Source: the human T2T-CHM13v2.0 reference genome, Homo sapiens. From it: DNA of 64,000 nucleotides. The notes below the pieces were generated by a model. That model worked only from the letters and a program-made list of their open reading frames with translations, was not told where the DNA came from and made no database searches. Made by a program: the position numbers and the translations under genes. Shown here in pieces: positions 50,951-64,000 of the stretch. Each line of letters opens with the position of its first letter. Within the stretch, counting starts at the first letter, position 1. The stretch lies in assembly GCF_009914755.1 (NCBI RefSeq), contig NC_060927.1. One strand, written 5' to 3'.

Positions 50951-51790
50951 CTATGAGAAAAAAAGCAAAAGAAAACCAAATCATTTATGAGCCACTTAAA
51001 TAGGTCACAAAAATGTGACCTCAGAATTTCTGACAGAAGATCAAGTTACACTGTAAACAGTAACATTTATTTCCAATGACAATCTCACACTACCTTATGG
51101 GTACACTCTGCAGAGGTCACCTCTACACGTGGTAACAAATAAAACCCTAAAAATGTGAAAGAATTAATATTGCCCCTTCAACGGTATTATGCTAACAATA
51201 GAAATGGTAAATATAAACCTAAGGTAAAATTGTTTTGCGTGTATCAAGATGGCCCATGTAGGCATCTAGAATCAAATCATCATCAAACTACACCCATTTC
51301 TTCACCAGTTATTATTTCTCATGAAAGAAATATAACACCACATAGTATACCAAGGAATCTAAGCTAACCGAGCATAAGCTGGCTAATCAGAACCTATACA
51401 GCCCCCTATACATACAGTTAAGACGCTGTACTTAGGTTAATGCTCTCTGCGTGCCCCTATAAGCAGCTACTAGTAGGCATGATCTTGATCTTCCTGCTCA
51501 GGCCCTCTGACAGGTGCTTCAGCTCACCTAGCAGCAAGTAAACTTAATAAACTAACCACAACAATGAGAAACTAGGTGAGAAGAGCCATGCTAGATAATG
51601 CGCAATGCAAATCAACCATCACCTTCTCTTAGAAAACAGAATCATACAAGAGAGCACCAAGGGGTGACCACTTTTCTACTTCTAATTTTAAGTATCACCA
51701 TAACTATAAATCAGGTAGATGAATGCACAATTCTTTAATGTCTTATTGCTTTTTTTTTTCATTTTTAACTGCAATTTTAGTAATACTAAC

Positions 51791-51910
51791 CTCAACGACA
51801 GCATCATTACTAGAATACTGAGCCAGGTCTCGAATCCCATTCATGAACTGTTTATTTGCAACACAAAAGGCTTTTCCAGTATCAATCATTGCAATACAAA
51901 GTTTCACAAG
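51791..51910 (-). CDS. ACAP2: ACAP2 exon 3 (120 nt): LVKLCIAMIDTGKAFCVANKQFMNGIRDLAQYSSNDAVVE
   Basis: ctttttcag|CTTGTG...GTTGAG|gttagt; lies inside ORF 51743..51934. Confidence 0.97.
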
Positions 51911-53059
51911 CTGAAAAAGAAAAAAAAAATTCATCAGGTTGAAGATAGTTTTACAAATTACTTAGTTGAACAAGTGTTGGCAGTAACTATATGAGGTGAC
52001 CTAGTTAAGTTCAATTTGTTTCATCGATAAACTCAAAACAGACTAATTGAAAAGTATTCTTTTTTCCTTCAGCTTATAAAGTAAATTCGTAGCAGAGTTG
52101 TACCAGAAAAGTTGACCATTTAGGATCCAGAGGCTGTGTGATAACAACAACAAAAGTATTTTGGAGGAAAGGTAAGTAAACTGTATGATAGCTTAGTGAT
52201 CATTTCAATATTAGTCTATCAACGCAGATAGCTAAAGTGATTAATCAACCATGTATTCAAAAAAAAAAAATGTCTCTAATACCTATTGTTCCAGGCATTG
52301 TCTAAGCCTTAGTACCGGGCTCTTCTCTTTCTTTCATCTTTCTCTTTCTCTCTCTCCCGTCCTTCTTCTTTTCATTCCCTTTATCCCTCCAACTCCCTGT
52401 TCTTCCATTCCTTCCTTCCTTCTTTCTCTCCTTTCTTTCAGACACAGAACATTTTCTTTTACCAAAATCTTGGGTAAATGTCAAATATTAAAAAACAGAT
52501 AAAAGTGAAACTGTTCTAGACAAAGGAGAGAAAAGTACTAAGGGGATGCAAAGGGGGGTCACCAAGAAGAGGATAAAGAGCCAAGAAAAACTTTAGAAAA
52601 CTCCTGAAGGATCTCAAGAGCATAAATTAAAACTGCTGCCCTGAGACCTAGGGGAACAGAAAATGAAAACATCACCTCTGCTCTCAAAAACTCTAATTCT
52701 ATAATTCTAACAAGTAGATAAATTCTACAGAGCACAAACACAACTACTATGACAAAACTATGCATGGAAAAAAAAAAAAAAGGAAGACCATCTAACGAGG
52801 GCTGTGGGGACCAGGGAAGGATTCCTAGAAAAGGCAACAGAAGATATTGCTATACTGTTAAGGGCTTTTGATTTATCAATGTGCATCCAAGAGGGGAGGT
52901 ATATAATATGTAGCAATTCCCAAAAATATGTGACCATGGAATTCTTGTTAAGAGGAAGCATTATTATATGACCAATATTCCACAAAACCCACTGTGAGAA
53001 ATGCTGGCACAGATGTCTTTTAAATTGTTTGCTATTTACAATATAAAATAAAATGTCTT

Positions 53060-54310
53060 GCCAGAAAAACTGATTCTAAAGTTCATATGGAGTAACCACT
53101 ATGCAAGAAGAGCAAAAAAATATTTGAAGAGTAATAAGGTAGGAACATTAGTACTATATGATATTAAAATATATTATAAAAAGATAGTAAATAAAAGTCT
53201 GGTAGTAAATGCAAATAGACAAACTGATCAATGTAAAAGAATACACAGTCAAAAAAACAGATACAAATATGCCATATTTGATTAAAGTAATACTCCAGCC
53301 AGTGGGGGAAAAGTTATCTGATAAATGATATTAGGGACACTGGATAGTCATCTGAAGGGGATAAAAAAAGAAATTAAATTGTATTACAGACTCCCAAGTT
53401 AATTATAGATAAAGATTTAAACATAAAAACAGAATCAGAAATCAAAGAGAAAAGAGAAGGTTTTTTTTTTCAATAATCTCAAAGTGGGAAGTCTGAGAAG
53501 GATGCAAAGCTCAAATACTATGCAAAAAAAAACTGATCAATCCAATTACATAATAAGACATTTCTATAAGGAAAAAACAAACACAGTCAAAAGAAACAAC
53601 ATAGGAAAACAATATTAAGATAAATCACAAAGGACAAGTTTCCGTACCATAAAAAAGGGTATATAAATCATTTTGAAAATCCAACTATTCACTAGAAAAA
53701 ATGGGTAACATACATGCAGAGATAATTACCCCCCAAAAAAGAGATACATGTGTCTTAAACCCATGAAAAGATATTCATTCTCACTATAATAAAAGAAATG
53801 GAAATTACTATTTTTTTTTCTTTTACTAACAGCAAAGATGAAAAAGTTTGATAACATGCTGTTTTAAAGAGGGCAGTTATGGGGAAATAGTCACTCTCAT
53901 GCATTGTTGGTAGGAGTGTAAATTGGTACAATATCTACAGAAGGCAGTTTAGCGAGAGCTATCAAAATTTAAAACATACATACCTTCTAACTTCGCAATT
54001 TCACTTTTTAAAATGTATTCTACAACTATATTTTACAGATAGGCCATATGACACATGTAAAGATATTCACTGCGGTAACAGTAAAATATTGGTAGCAAGC
54101 TAAGCGTCTCTCAGTGGACAGCTAGATAAATAAATTATGATATAGCCATGAAAGGTAATACAATTCAACCATTTTTTAAAATGAGACAGCTCTATAACAA
54201 CAAATAACATCCATGATATATTAAGAGAAAAATCAAAATGTAGAACAGTGCTAATATTTTTGTTGAAATGGGGAGAGTCATTTGTACTGAAGAGTACAAA
54301 TACTTTTATA
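53060..54310 (+). mobile_element. Ancient L1ME-like fragment
   Basis: KLILKFIW ORF2-like peptide; degenerate L1 3' motifs. Confidence 0.6.
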
Positions 54311-54316
54311 TACTTA

Positions 54317-54653
<337 letters not shown>

Positions 54654-55836
54654 TCAGTGCATTCCTCTAGGAAAGAGATTAGAAAATGACTGATTTTCAC
54701 TGGGTACACACTTTTTTACCTTCAAATTGTGTACTACATAGGTGGTATTATGCAACAAATTAAATTCAAAAATAATTAAAAGTTTCCATAAAAACAAAGA
54801 GAGACAGGTTAATAGTAAAATATTACGGCAAAAAATATAGGGTTCTCAGCTAAGTCTGCTTAGGTTCAACCTACTGTCATACTTAAACATCTAAGTGAGA
54901 CTGAGTGAACTTAACCTCAACAAACTTCCATTTCTTCTTCTGTATCACACATAACAATGGTACCAAACCATATATGGTTACTAAAAAAAAAGACTAAGGG
55001 AATGCACATAAAGATTCTTAGCACAGGCGTGGCTCATGCCTGTAAGCCCAATACTTTGGGAGGCCAAGATGGGAGGAACTCTTGAGGCCAGGCATTTGAG
55101 ACCAGCCTGGTCAACAACCCTATCTCTGTATTCAAAAAAAAAAAAAAAAAGATTCTTAGCACAAACTTACCGGCACATGGTAATTATTCAATAGAGATTT
55201 GTGCTTCCTTGTCAGAGGGAGAGGTTTTCCTATTGTTGTTTGCTTTTGTTTTGTTTTACTAAGAAACAAACTTAGTAAAAAAAAAAAAAAAAAATCTTTA
55301 TCTACTTAAGATAGAGGTGGCAGAGAGGGGAAAGGAGAGAGATGCTAAAGCAAAGTCCTGAGGAGGTAAGGGGCTTGGAACTGCATAGAAAAAGGGATAC
55401 TTTTATTATTCAAAGAAGCAGAAAAACTAAAATGGTAAGAACAGATTCTGTTAAACTTCTAGATTAGCAGCAAGAAATAAAGGCATTCCCACCAAGCAGA
55501 AGAAGAGACAAGGTCATCTGTTGAGAATGAAGAACAATGTGGCAAATCCTGAGGTCTTGAAGAGCCACTAACGGTAACAAGAAAGGCACCTGACTGGGTC
55601 TGGAGGAAACTGCTTTATATCAAGAATTCCAGGAATGTGTAGCACCATCAGTTGGTTTCACCAAACAGTTGTGTAACTTCCCCTGTAGGGTTTTATAGGC
55701 CAGATACGGGACAAATAATATAGATGGTCAGACTTAAAATAGTGGAGAATTCTGCAGAGTAGCTATTATGGAAGGGACATGAAAGTCTCTGAAGAGAAAT
55801 AATGATGTAATAACATTAAGAGTACTCTGAAAGGGA

Positions 55837-56295
55837 TCATAGCAGCATTATTTACAACAGCCACAAAAGGGAAACAACTCAAATGTCCATCAACTGATGA
55901 ATGGATAAACAAAATGAGGTACATCCATGCAATGATGCATTATCCAGCTATAAAAACAAAGGACTGATACATGCTACAACATGGATGACTCTTAAAAACA
56001 TGCTAAGAGAAAGGAGCTAGTCACATAAGACCAAATATTGTATTATTCCATTTATTTGAAATGTTCAGAATAGGCAAATCCAGGGACAGAAAGTAGATTA
56101 GGTTGCCAGAAGACAGAGGGAGAGGAGAATTGGGAGTGACTGCTAATAGATACAGGGTTTCTTTTTGGGGTGAAAAATATTTTGGAATTAGATAGTGGTG
56201 ATAGTTGTACAACACTGGGACTATACTAAAAACCATGAATTACTCACTTTGAAATACTGGATTTTATGTTAGGTTAATTTTATCTCAACTTTTTT
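55837..56295 (+). mobile_element. L1MB-type 3'UTR fragment
   Basis: CATAGCAGCATTATT...CAAATGTCCATCAACTGATGAATGG...GTGACTGCTAAT motifs. Confidence 0.78.
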
Positions 56296-56342
56296 TAATT
56301 ACAAAAAAGAGGAATACATTGAAGTGTATTTAAAAATTATCT

Positions 56343-56703
56343 GAGCAGCCATAAAAAAGAATGGGTTCATGTCCTTTGCAGAGACATGGATGAAGCTGGA
56401 AACCATCATTCTCAGCAAACTAACACAGGAACAGAAAACCAAACACCGCGTGTTCTCACTCATAAGTAGGAGTTGAACAATGAGAAAACATGGACACAGG
56501 GAGGGGAACATTACACAGCGGAGCCTGTCAGGTGCGGGGCAAGGGGAGGGAGAGCATTAGGACAAATGCATGTGGGACTTAAAACCTAGATGATGCGTTG
56601 ATGGGTGCAGCAAACCACCATGGCACATGTATACCTGTGTTACAAACCTGCACATTCTGTACATGTATCCCAGAACTTAAAGTAAAATTTAAAAAAAAAA
56701 AAA
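56343..56703 (+). mobile_element. L1PA 3' end
   Basis: GCAGCAAACCACCATGGCACATGTATACC...CAGAACTTAAAGT followed by poly(A). Confidence 0.88.
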
Positions 56704-57714
56704 GTGATCTGGAATATCACAAGCGGATAGTGAAAGACCAGAGGTAGGGCTGAAGAACAAAAGCAGTAATGAGGCTGAGAACTGGAAGGACTGGAGACTC
56801 AACTCAGAAAGTAGGATATCAGCATTCCAGATTTCAAAGATTAGAACCCTGGGTGATGAGGCACAGAACATAGCCATGAAATAGGTATCAGAAGTAGAAC
56901 AGAGGTCACCATCACAGGAGTTACAGAGAAAATGAAATTGTCATACAGCAGAACCACATATACGCTGCAGCTATCCAGGAGGAAGGACGGACTTGGCAAT
57001 GAAGAGGGAGGGAGGCAGAAAGAGAGAAGACTGAGATTTTGCCAGCTGTCAAAATACTTGTTAGATGACACTGATAAATGAGATTCTAACTGAATAATAT
57101 AAACCTACAAAGAGGGAAGATTTTTACCTACAACAAGATTAAATGTCAAGTCCATCTAAATTATCAAACTAATATCCCTAATTCATTCAACAACTTTTTA
57201 CTAAGCAATTACTATGTCATAGACACTCTGCCAGATGATAGGAATACAAACAACTTATCTGCTGACTATCCTTGAGTAACATACTCTCCAATTCTTGTTT
57301 TTTCATGCGCAAATTAGGGATATCAATTTTGCAATATTGCTATAATAATAAGAAATAATATAAGTAAAACATAAGACTTTGTATACACCAAGTACACAAA
57401 ACAAATGAGGGTTTTTTCTTTTTCTTTGGAAATGGGGTCTTGCTCTGTCACCCAGGCTGGAGTGCAGTGGCGCACGCACGCAACCACGCCAGGGGCACCA
57501 TACCCAGCTAATTTTTGTATTTTTAGTAGAGACAGGATTTCACCATGTTAGCCAAGCTGGTCTCAAACTCCTGACCTCAAGTGATTCGCCTGCCTCGGCC
57601 TCCCAAAGTGCTAGGATTACAGGCGTGAGCCACCACTCCCAGCCCATTTTTCCCCTTTTTAAGGACAATCTCTCTTCAAGGAGCTAACAGTCTGTTGAAG
57701 AGACAGCATCATTG

Positions 57715-57945
57715 TTTATTTAGAATTTACCACGTGCCAAGAACTGTGCTAAGTACTTTACATGTATTATCTCATTTTAGTTTCATAATAATCCTATGAA
57801 ATAGACACTCTTATTTTCCCCATTTTGGAGAGAAGAAACTGAGGCACAGAAAGGTTGAAGAGCTTGTCCAAGGCCATATTGCTAGTAAATGATAGAGCCA
57901 GACTCAAACCCAGCAGCAGCTCCAGGCTTTGTGTTCTTAACTACC
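57715..57945. mobile_element. MIR SINE (further MIR relics at about 54820-55020, 60100-60290 and 61440-61590)
   Basis: MIR core CCCATTTT...AGAAACTGAGGCACAGA...CTTGTCCAAGG. Confidence 0.75.
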
Positions 57946-58145
57946 AGGTTATGCTACCACCCAAAACTATAATATTATAACAGCTTAAATCAGAGTACAT
58001 GCAAGAAACAATGCAACAGAAGAAAAAGAGCCAATGTTTGTGTTCTTAACTACTAGGCTATGCTCCCCACCCAAAATTACAATACTATAACAGCTTAAAT
58101 CAGAGTACATGCAAGAAACAATGCAACAGAAGAAAAAGAGCCAAC
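57928..58145. repeat. Tandem duplication, 2 x about 109 bp
   Basis: TTTGTGTTCTTAACTAC...AGAAAAAGAGCCAA occurs at 57928 and 58037. Confidence 0.93.
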
Positions 58146-58612
58146 ATTTGGTAGTACTTGGCTGAGATTTAAAGAGTATCTGCTCAATGGGGAACAAGCA
58201 TGCCAGTCAGACAATGCAACACATGCAGAAATTAAGCCTAGATGGCAACTATGATGCACTATGATGCTGTCAATGACAGAACACCTGGCAAGAATGGATC
58301 AATAATTGAACTCCGTAGAGCAATGCCACTCATAAAGCCTTATTCACCACAAAGAATGAACTACTGGTGGCATACATTATAGGCAAAGTCAACAAGCTAG
58401 TTTAACCTGTCCCTGGCATGATTTACAATGATACTATAGGTGGAACTTGCCCTGCACAAAGCTATGAAATCATTAACCTAGACTTGGAGCAACCCCTCCA
58501 CCACCCACATTAGTCCTTCACTGACACTACCTTCAATAACAACCACTTCCTCCTCTCAGCCTCTCTTCTCTATGCTAACTCCCCATAGTTTCTAAAATAA
58601 AAATAATAGTTA

Positions 58613-58912
<300 letters not shown>

Positions 58913-59974
58913 TTAAAAAAAAAATTAAAAATTAAAAAAAAAAAAAAGAATTTGGAAGAGGTACGAAATATAAAAGTAACTATGGAACTTTAGTGCGAGG
59001 GAAAACAGTGATTTTTTTAAGCTGTAAGGTTTCCATGTGTCTTGGTAGCCCTTTGGGTAAGACAGACTCTAGAACGGGCTTATAGTTCTTAGCACTCAAT
59101 GTCGATACTTCAATAACTTGTTTCAGATTTGAATCTTTTGGTCTGAAGATTCTAGCAGTGTGTGTGCCCTACCCCAAGTGAATAATACAAAGGAAAAAAG
59201 AATCCACTCATAACAGCAAAATAATCAGCAAAAACACTGTCAGTGGATTCTATCTGTTTAGGTATTTTAAAGTCTGAGGTGTCCCACCACAGTGTTTCAT
59301 ATGATTTACATGTGGTTCTACCTTATTACCTTACTCTTATTTCATGTATATAATACATATGTAATAATATATGTATCACTTATGTATATATAAGTAATAA
59401 GATATCCTTCTTATACCACTCTGTGATTCTAGAAGGACTTGCCCCTCTACATACTCTCTCATAAATCTTCCATAAAATCAAAACTATATTTTCTGTTGTC
59501 TACTTTGAGAATTTAAAATTTTGTTTTAAAGAGTACTTGAAAATAAATGTAATGCCTCAGGGTAAAAAATAAAATAAAATAAAATAGTAATAAAAAGCCA
59601 GACATGTAATTTTTAAGTAGAAAACGAAGGCATTTTCAAATAATCTCCTTATCCAAAATTAAAATATTAATTTTTACAAAGACTTGCTGGAAGCCAGCTA
59701 GCGTTCCTCAGAACCTTTCCCAGTGGCAGGTGCTCCCCCAACGCGGATCCTGAAGTGCAGTGATGCGCAAGAAGAGCGCTGAACTGATCATAAAGACAGA
59801 GGGGCCGGGTGCAGTGGCTCATGCCTGTAATCCCGGCACTTTGGGAGGCCGAGGCGGGCGGATTGCCTGAGCACAGGAGTTCGAGACCAGTCTGGCCAAC
59901 ACGGTGAAATCCCGTCTCTACTAAAATACAAAAACTTAGCCAGGCATAGTGGCGTGAGCCTGAGGTCCCAGCTA

Positions 59975-60106
<132 letters not shown>

Positions 60107-61058
60107 CTAGCCCTGGTTGTGCCTCTTCTACTTTGTGATTTGAAGCAAGTCCTCATCACTTCCTTGGGCTTTGGTATCCTCAGCTATAAAACGGGAGTAA
60201 TAACACTTGTCCTATCTAACCCTACAGGATTATTGTAAAAATTAAAAGGATACTACTATATATTACAGGGCTTTAAAAATTATACAGTACTATACAAAAA
60301 TAACTTATCTCTAAACATCTTCTAAAATTTTGATGTAATTTGTTTACATATAGAACTAAATATAGTTTCTAGACTATTTATATTATATAAAGATGTGTGT
60401 TTCATGGTTTCAAAACATTTGAAAACCTTCAGCTTAATATATTTTATATCCTTGCTACTCAAAAGCGTGGTCCATGGGCCAACAGCACGGGCGTCACCTG
60501 GAATCCGGTTACAAACACAAAATCTCAGGTGTCTCCAGCTACTGAATCAGAATCTGTTTTTTCACAAGATGGGATCCCCAGGGAAGATCCCCCAGGGGTT
60601 CCTAAGCAAAGTTAAGGTCTCAGGAGCACTACGTTACACAGCAATGCCATTTATAATTATAATTATTAAACTAGAAAATTATTTTCAGAAAAGGTATTTC
60701 AAATATATACATCTGATTTATCTCCAGAAATTTAAAGAGAAACATGTAAATGAGCAGTGGTTTCAGAAGTATCTAAACAAATGGATCGGAAGCTGTCTTA
60801 CTCATTCTACTGCTTCTGCCTACTATATAGCAAACAGTGTTTCTTGGACAGACACCAAAAAAATCATCAATAATATAGATGGAGGGAATCAATGTACATT
60901 TACCCTTCCATAAAATATGACCATACAGATTACTGAGTATCTATAAGTATTTCTGGTATTAGCTTAAAAATGGAATTAATATTTTAAATTGTATTTACAT
61001 TTGAACGTGGCCAGACCCAAATTTATACAATGGTCAGGTTATATATGAAATCCATTAA

Positions 61059-61437
<379 letters not shown>

Positions 61438-61583
61438 TAAAGGATGTTTAGTGAGCTTTGAAGTCAGACATGGATTTGAATTCCTGCTCTGGCACTTAGA
61501 TTAGACTTTACACAAGCTACTTAGTGTCTCTAGTCTTACTTTCCTCATGTGTAAAACTGGGATAATAATAGCATTTACCCTCA

Positions 61584-61929
<346 letters not shown>

Positions 61930-61979
61930 TTACAGCAAACGAGAATCAATGTTTCAAAAAGCTAACTTGTAAAATTTAC

Positions 61980-62037
61980 CTTATCAAGTTTTAGTTCCAA
62001 TTCTGCCACATCACCTTCTACTTCTTCCAAAGCTGCC
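61980..62037 (-). CDS. ACAP2: ACAP2 exon 2 (58 nt): (R)AALEEVEGDVAELELKLDK
   Basis: Minus strand tttttctag|GGCAGCT...GATAAG|gtaaat; phase 2 to 0. Confidence 0.96.
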
Positions 62038-64000
62038 CTAGAAAAATTAAATATAAAATAAGTTATTTCGTTTGTTTAAATGTACACTTTACTCTTGAAA
62101 AGTAACTCTAAATGAAAAGATAGATATGAATGCTTAAAAATTACACTTCACATGAAGTAATAATTACCTTGGAATTTAGTATCAATACTTCATAATCATG
62201 CAATACAACAGGTAATACAATTACTGTTTAGGACAATGACAGAACACATTACGCTAATTTATACTCAAAGCATTAGTATCATTCCAATTAATAACACAAA
62301 ATACAGCTATTTAGCACGTACTTTTTAAATAAGTGAGAAATTTTAAAAGTTGAGGTGTACAAAGAATTGGATTTCTTGATAACAAAACACATGCAACCAA
62401 ACTGCAAGGCGTTGTTGGCAACCAAGAAGAGCTTTTACTTTCAGAAATAGCTCAGAACAATACCACCCTTGTTTTGTTTCCAAAGTATTTTTTAATCAGT
62501 ACCTAAGACTAATTTTCATCTCTCTTCTTCTCCTAGCAATATAATTTTAATACAGAAAAATTAGCAAAGGTTAGATTATGTAAAATGCAGAACTAAATAA
62601 GCCAAATATTGTCTTATTGACAAAAGAGAATACAATTATAATAACAGTTAGCACTTCATACCACACTACAAGGCAACATTTCAAAATTGGAAATTTGTCT
62701 GAAACAAAATAGCAGCAACTAAGTTTTGGGGATGAAAACATTTTACACTCAAGAGTATGTATAACAAAATGTAATTCATCTACTTTAAGTCATTTATGCC
62801 ATTTTCATATATCTACTTGATAAACTAGCAATTCTCAAGTAGGTATTTTAAGATTTAACTAAATTTTTAAGTTGGATAGTAATGGGGGATTTACACTGAG
62901 TAAGATATTCTCAGGAGACAGAGCTAGGATGAAAACTATTTCCAGAACAAGCATGGTGGCTCACACCTGTAATCCCAGCACTTTGGGAGGCTGAGGGGAA
63001 GGACTGCTTGGACCCAAGAGTTCGAGAGCAGCCTAGGAAACACAGGAAGACCCTGTCTCTACAAAAAATAAAAAGATGAGCCAGGCGTGGTGGCTCACGC
63101 CTGTAGTCCCAGCTACTCAGGAGGCTGAGGTGGAAGGATCACTTGGGCCTAGGAGGTTGACGCTTCAGTGCACTCCAGCCTAGGTGCCACTGTCTCAAAA
63201 TAAAACAAAAAACTCTATTTCCAGAACTCCCACTTCACCTCTGTGTGACCTCTGAATAATCATCTTATTGACTTGTGATTCTGCTTCTCCACTGGGTAAC
63301 ATTTATTTTTAAGAAGTGTTTAAATCTCTAAAATAAGAAAATAACTTTGAATTATTCAGTAAAGAAATGCCTATGATAAAATGAGATGCTCTAGCATATG
63401 ACTGGAGAAAATGGAAGGTGCTGCACTCTGTAGCACAGAAACAGAAATACTTCTTCCTGACTAAAAGTTTCTCATTTGCTTCAGCAACGTTTTTCAAACT
63501 ATGCATTGTCCCCTTAACCTAGAAAACATTTTTCATTCACATCAGTCCTCAGTCCCTTCACCTACTCATCATTTAAACTTAATTTACACACGAGAACAAA
63601 TGTATGTGTATGAGGATATTCAGTGTAACGCGTTAGAAACCTAGATGTGCAGCAATAGGAAATAATGTAAATAAATTACCATATATCCATACCATTATGT
63701 GAGGCAGAAGATTTTAAATGAGGTTGATCTGTATCTACTGATATGGAAATCTGCACAGGATAGAGTATTATATTGGGGGGGGGGGGAAGCAAGCTACAAA
63801 ATTATATGCATAGCATGAGCTCAATTTGGGAGCATATTTATCAGTCTACGAACTACAACTCTGAAGAATGGGGATTTGATAGCAGAAAGTATAAATAAGG
63901 ATTTGCGCTTTTTACTAAATTCTAGATTGTTTAACTATTTTCAGCAACTATGCATTTCTAAGCAACGTTTAAAGCTAATAAAGGGGAAAAAGAAGTCCAA

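Noticed and set aside
59755-59790. Possible C/D box snoRNA (TGATG...CTGA)
   Set aside because: Too short, imperfect C box, and antisense to the host gene.
60395-60913. 172-aa plus-strand ORF
   Set aside because: It has a non-ATG start, overlaps MER5-like sequence, has AT-biased composition and shows no recognisable domain.

Overview
Primate (human-like) genomic DNA, AT-rich and dense in Alu/L1 repeats; not microbial. The whole window lies inside ACAP2 (centaurin beta-2, an Arf6 GAP) on the minus strand. Seven coding exons (exons 2-8, numbered from the recalled protein: 58, 120, 54, 59, 184, 45 and 96 nt) have GT-AG boundaries and splice into one open frame encoding most of the N-terminal BAR domain. 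Introns hold about 50 Alus, a near-full-length old L1MA-type element, L1 fragments, MaLR LTRs, DNA-transposon relics and an RPL31 processed pseudogene. The most unusual signal is a pair of inverted THE1-type solo LTRs about 25 kb apart (2455-2831 and 27610-27987). Each has its own flanks, yet they share a 159-bp perfectly identical tract, which suggests gene conversion. They bracket exons 5-8, a 384-nt, frame-preserving, stop-free block. Other candidates are a poison exon and a tandem splice donor near exon 4, a CTCF-like site and a split L1MB element. Repeat subfamily calls and repeat boundaries are by eye and approximate.
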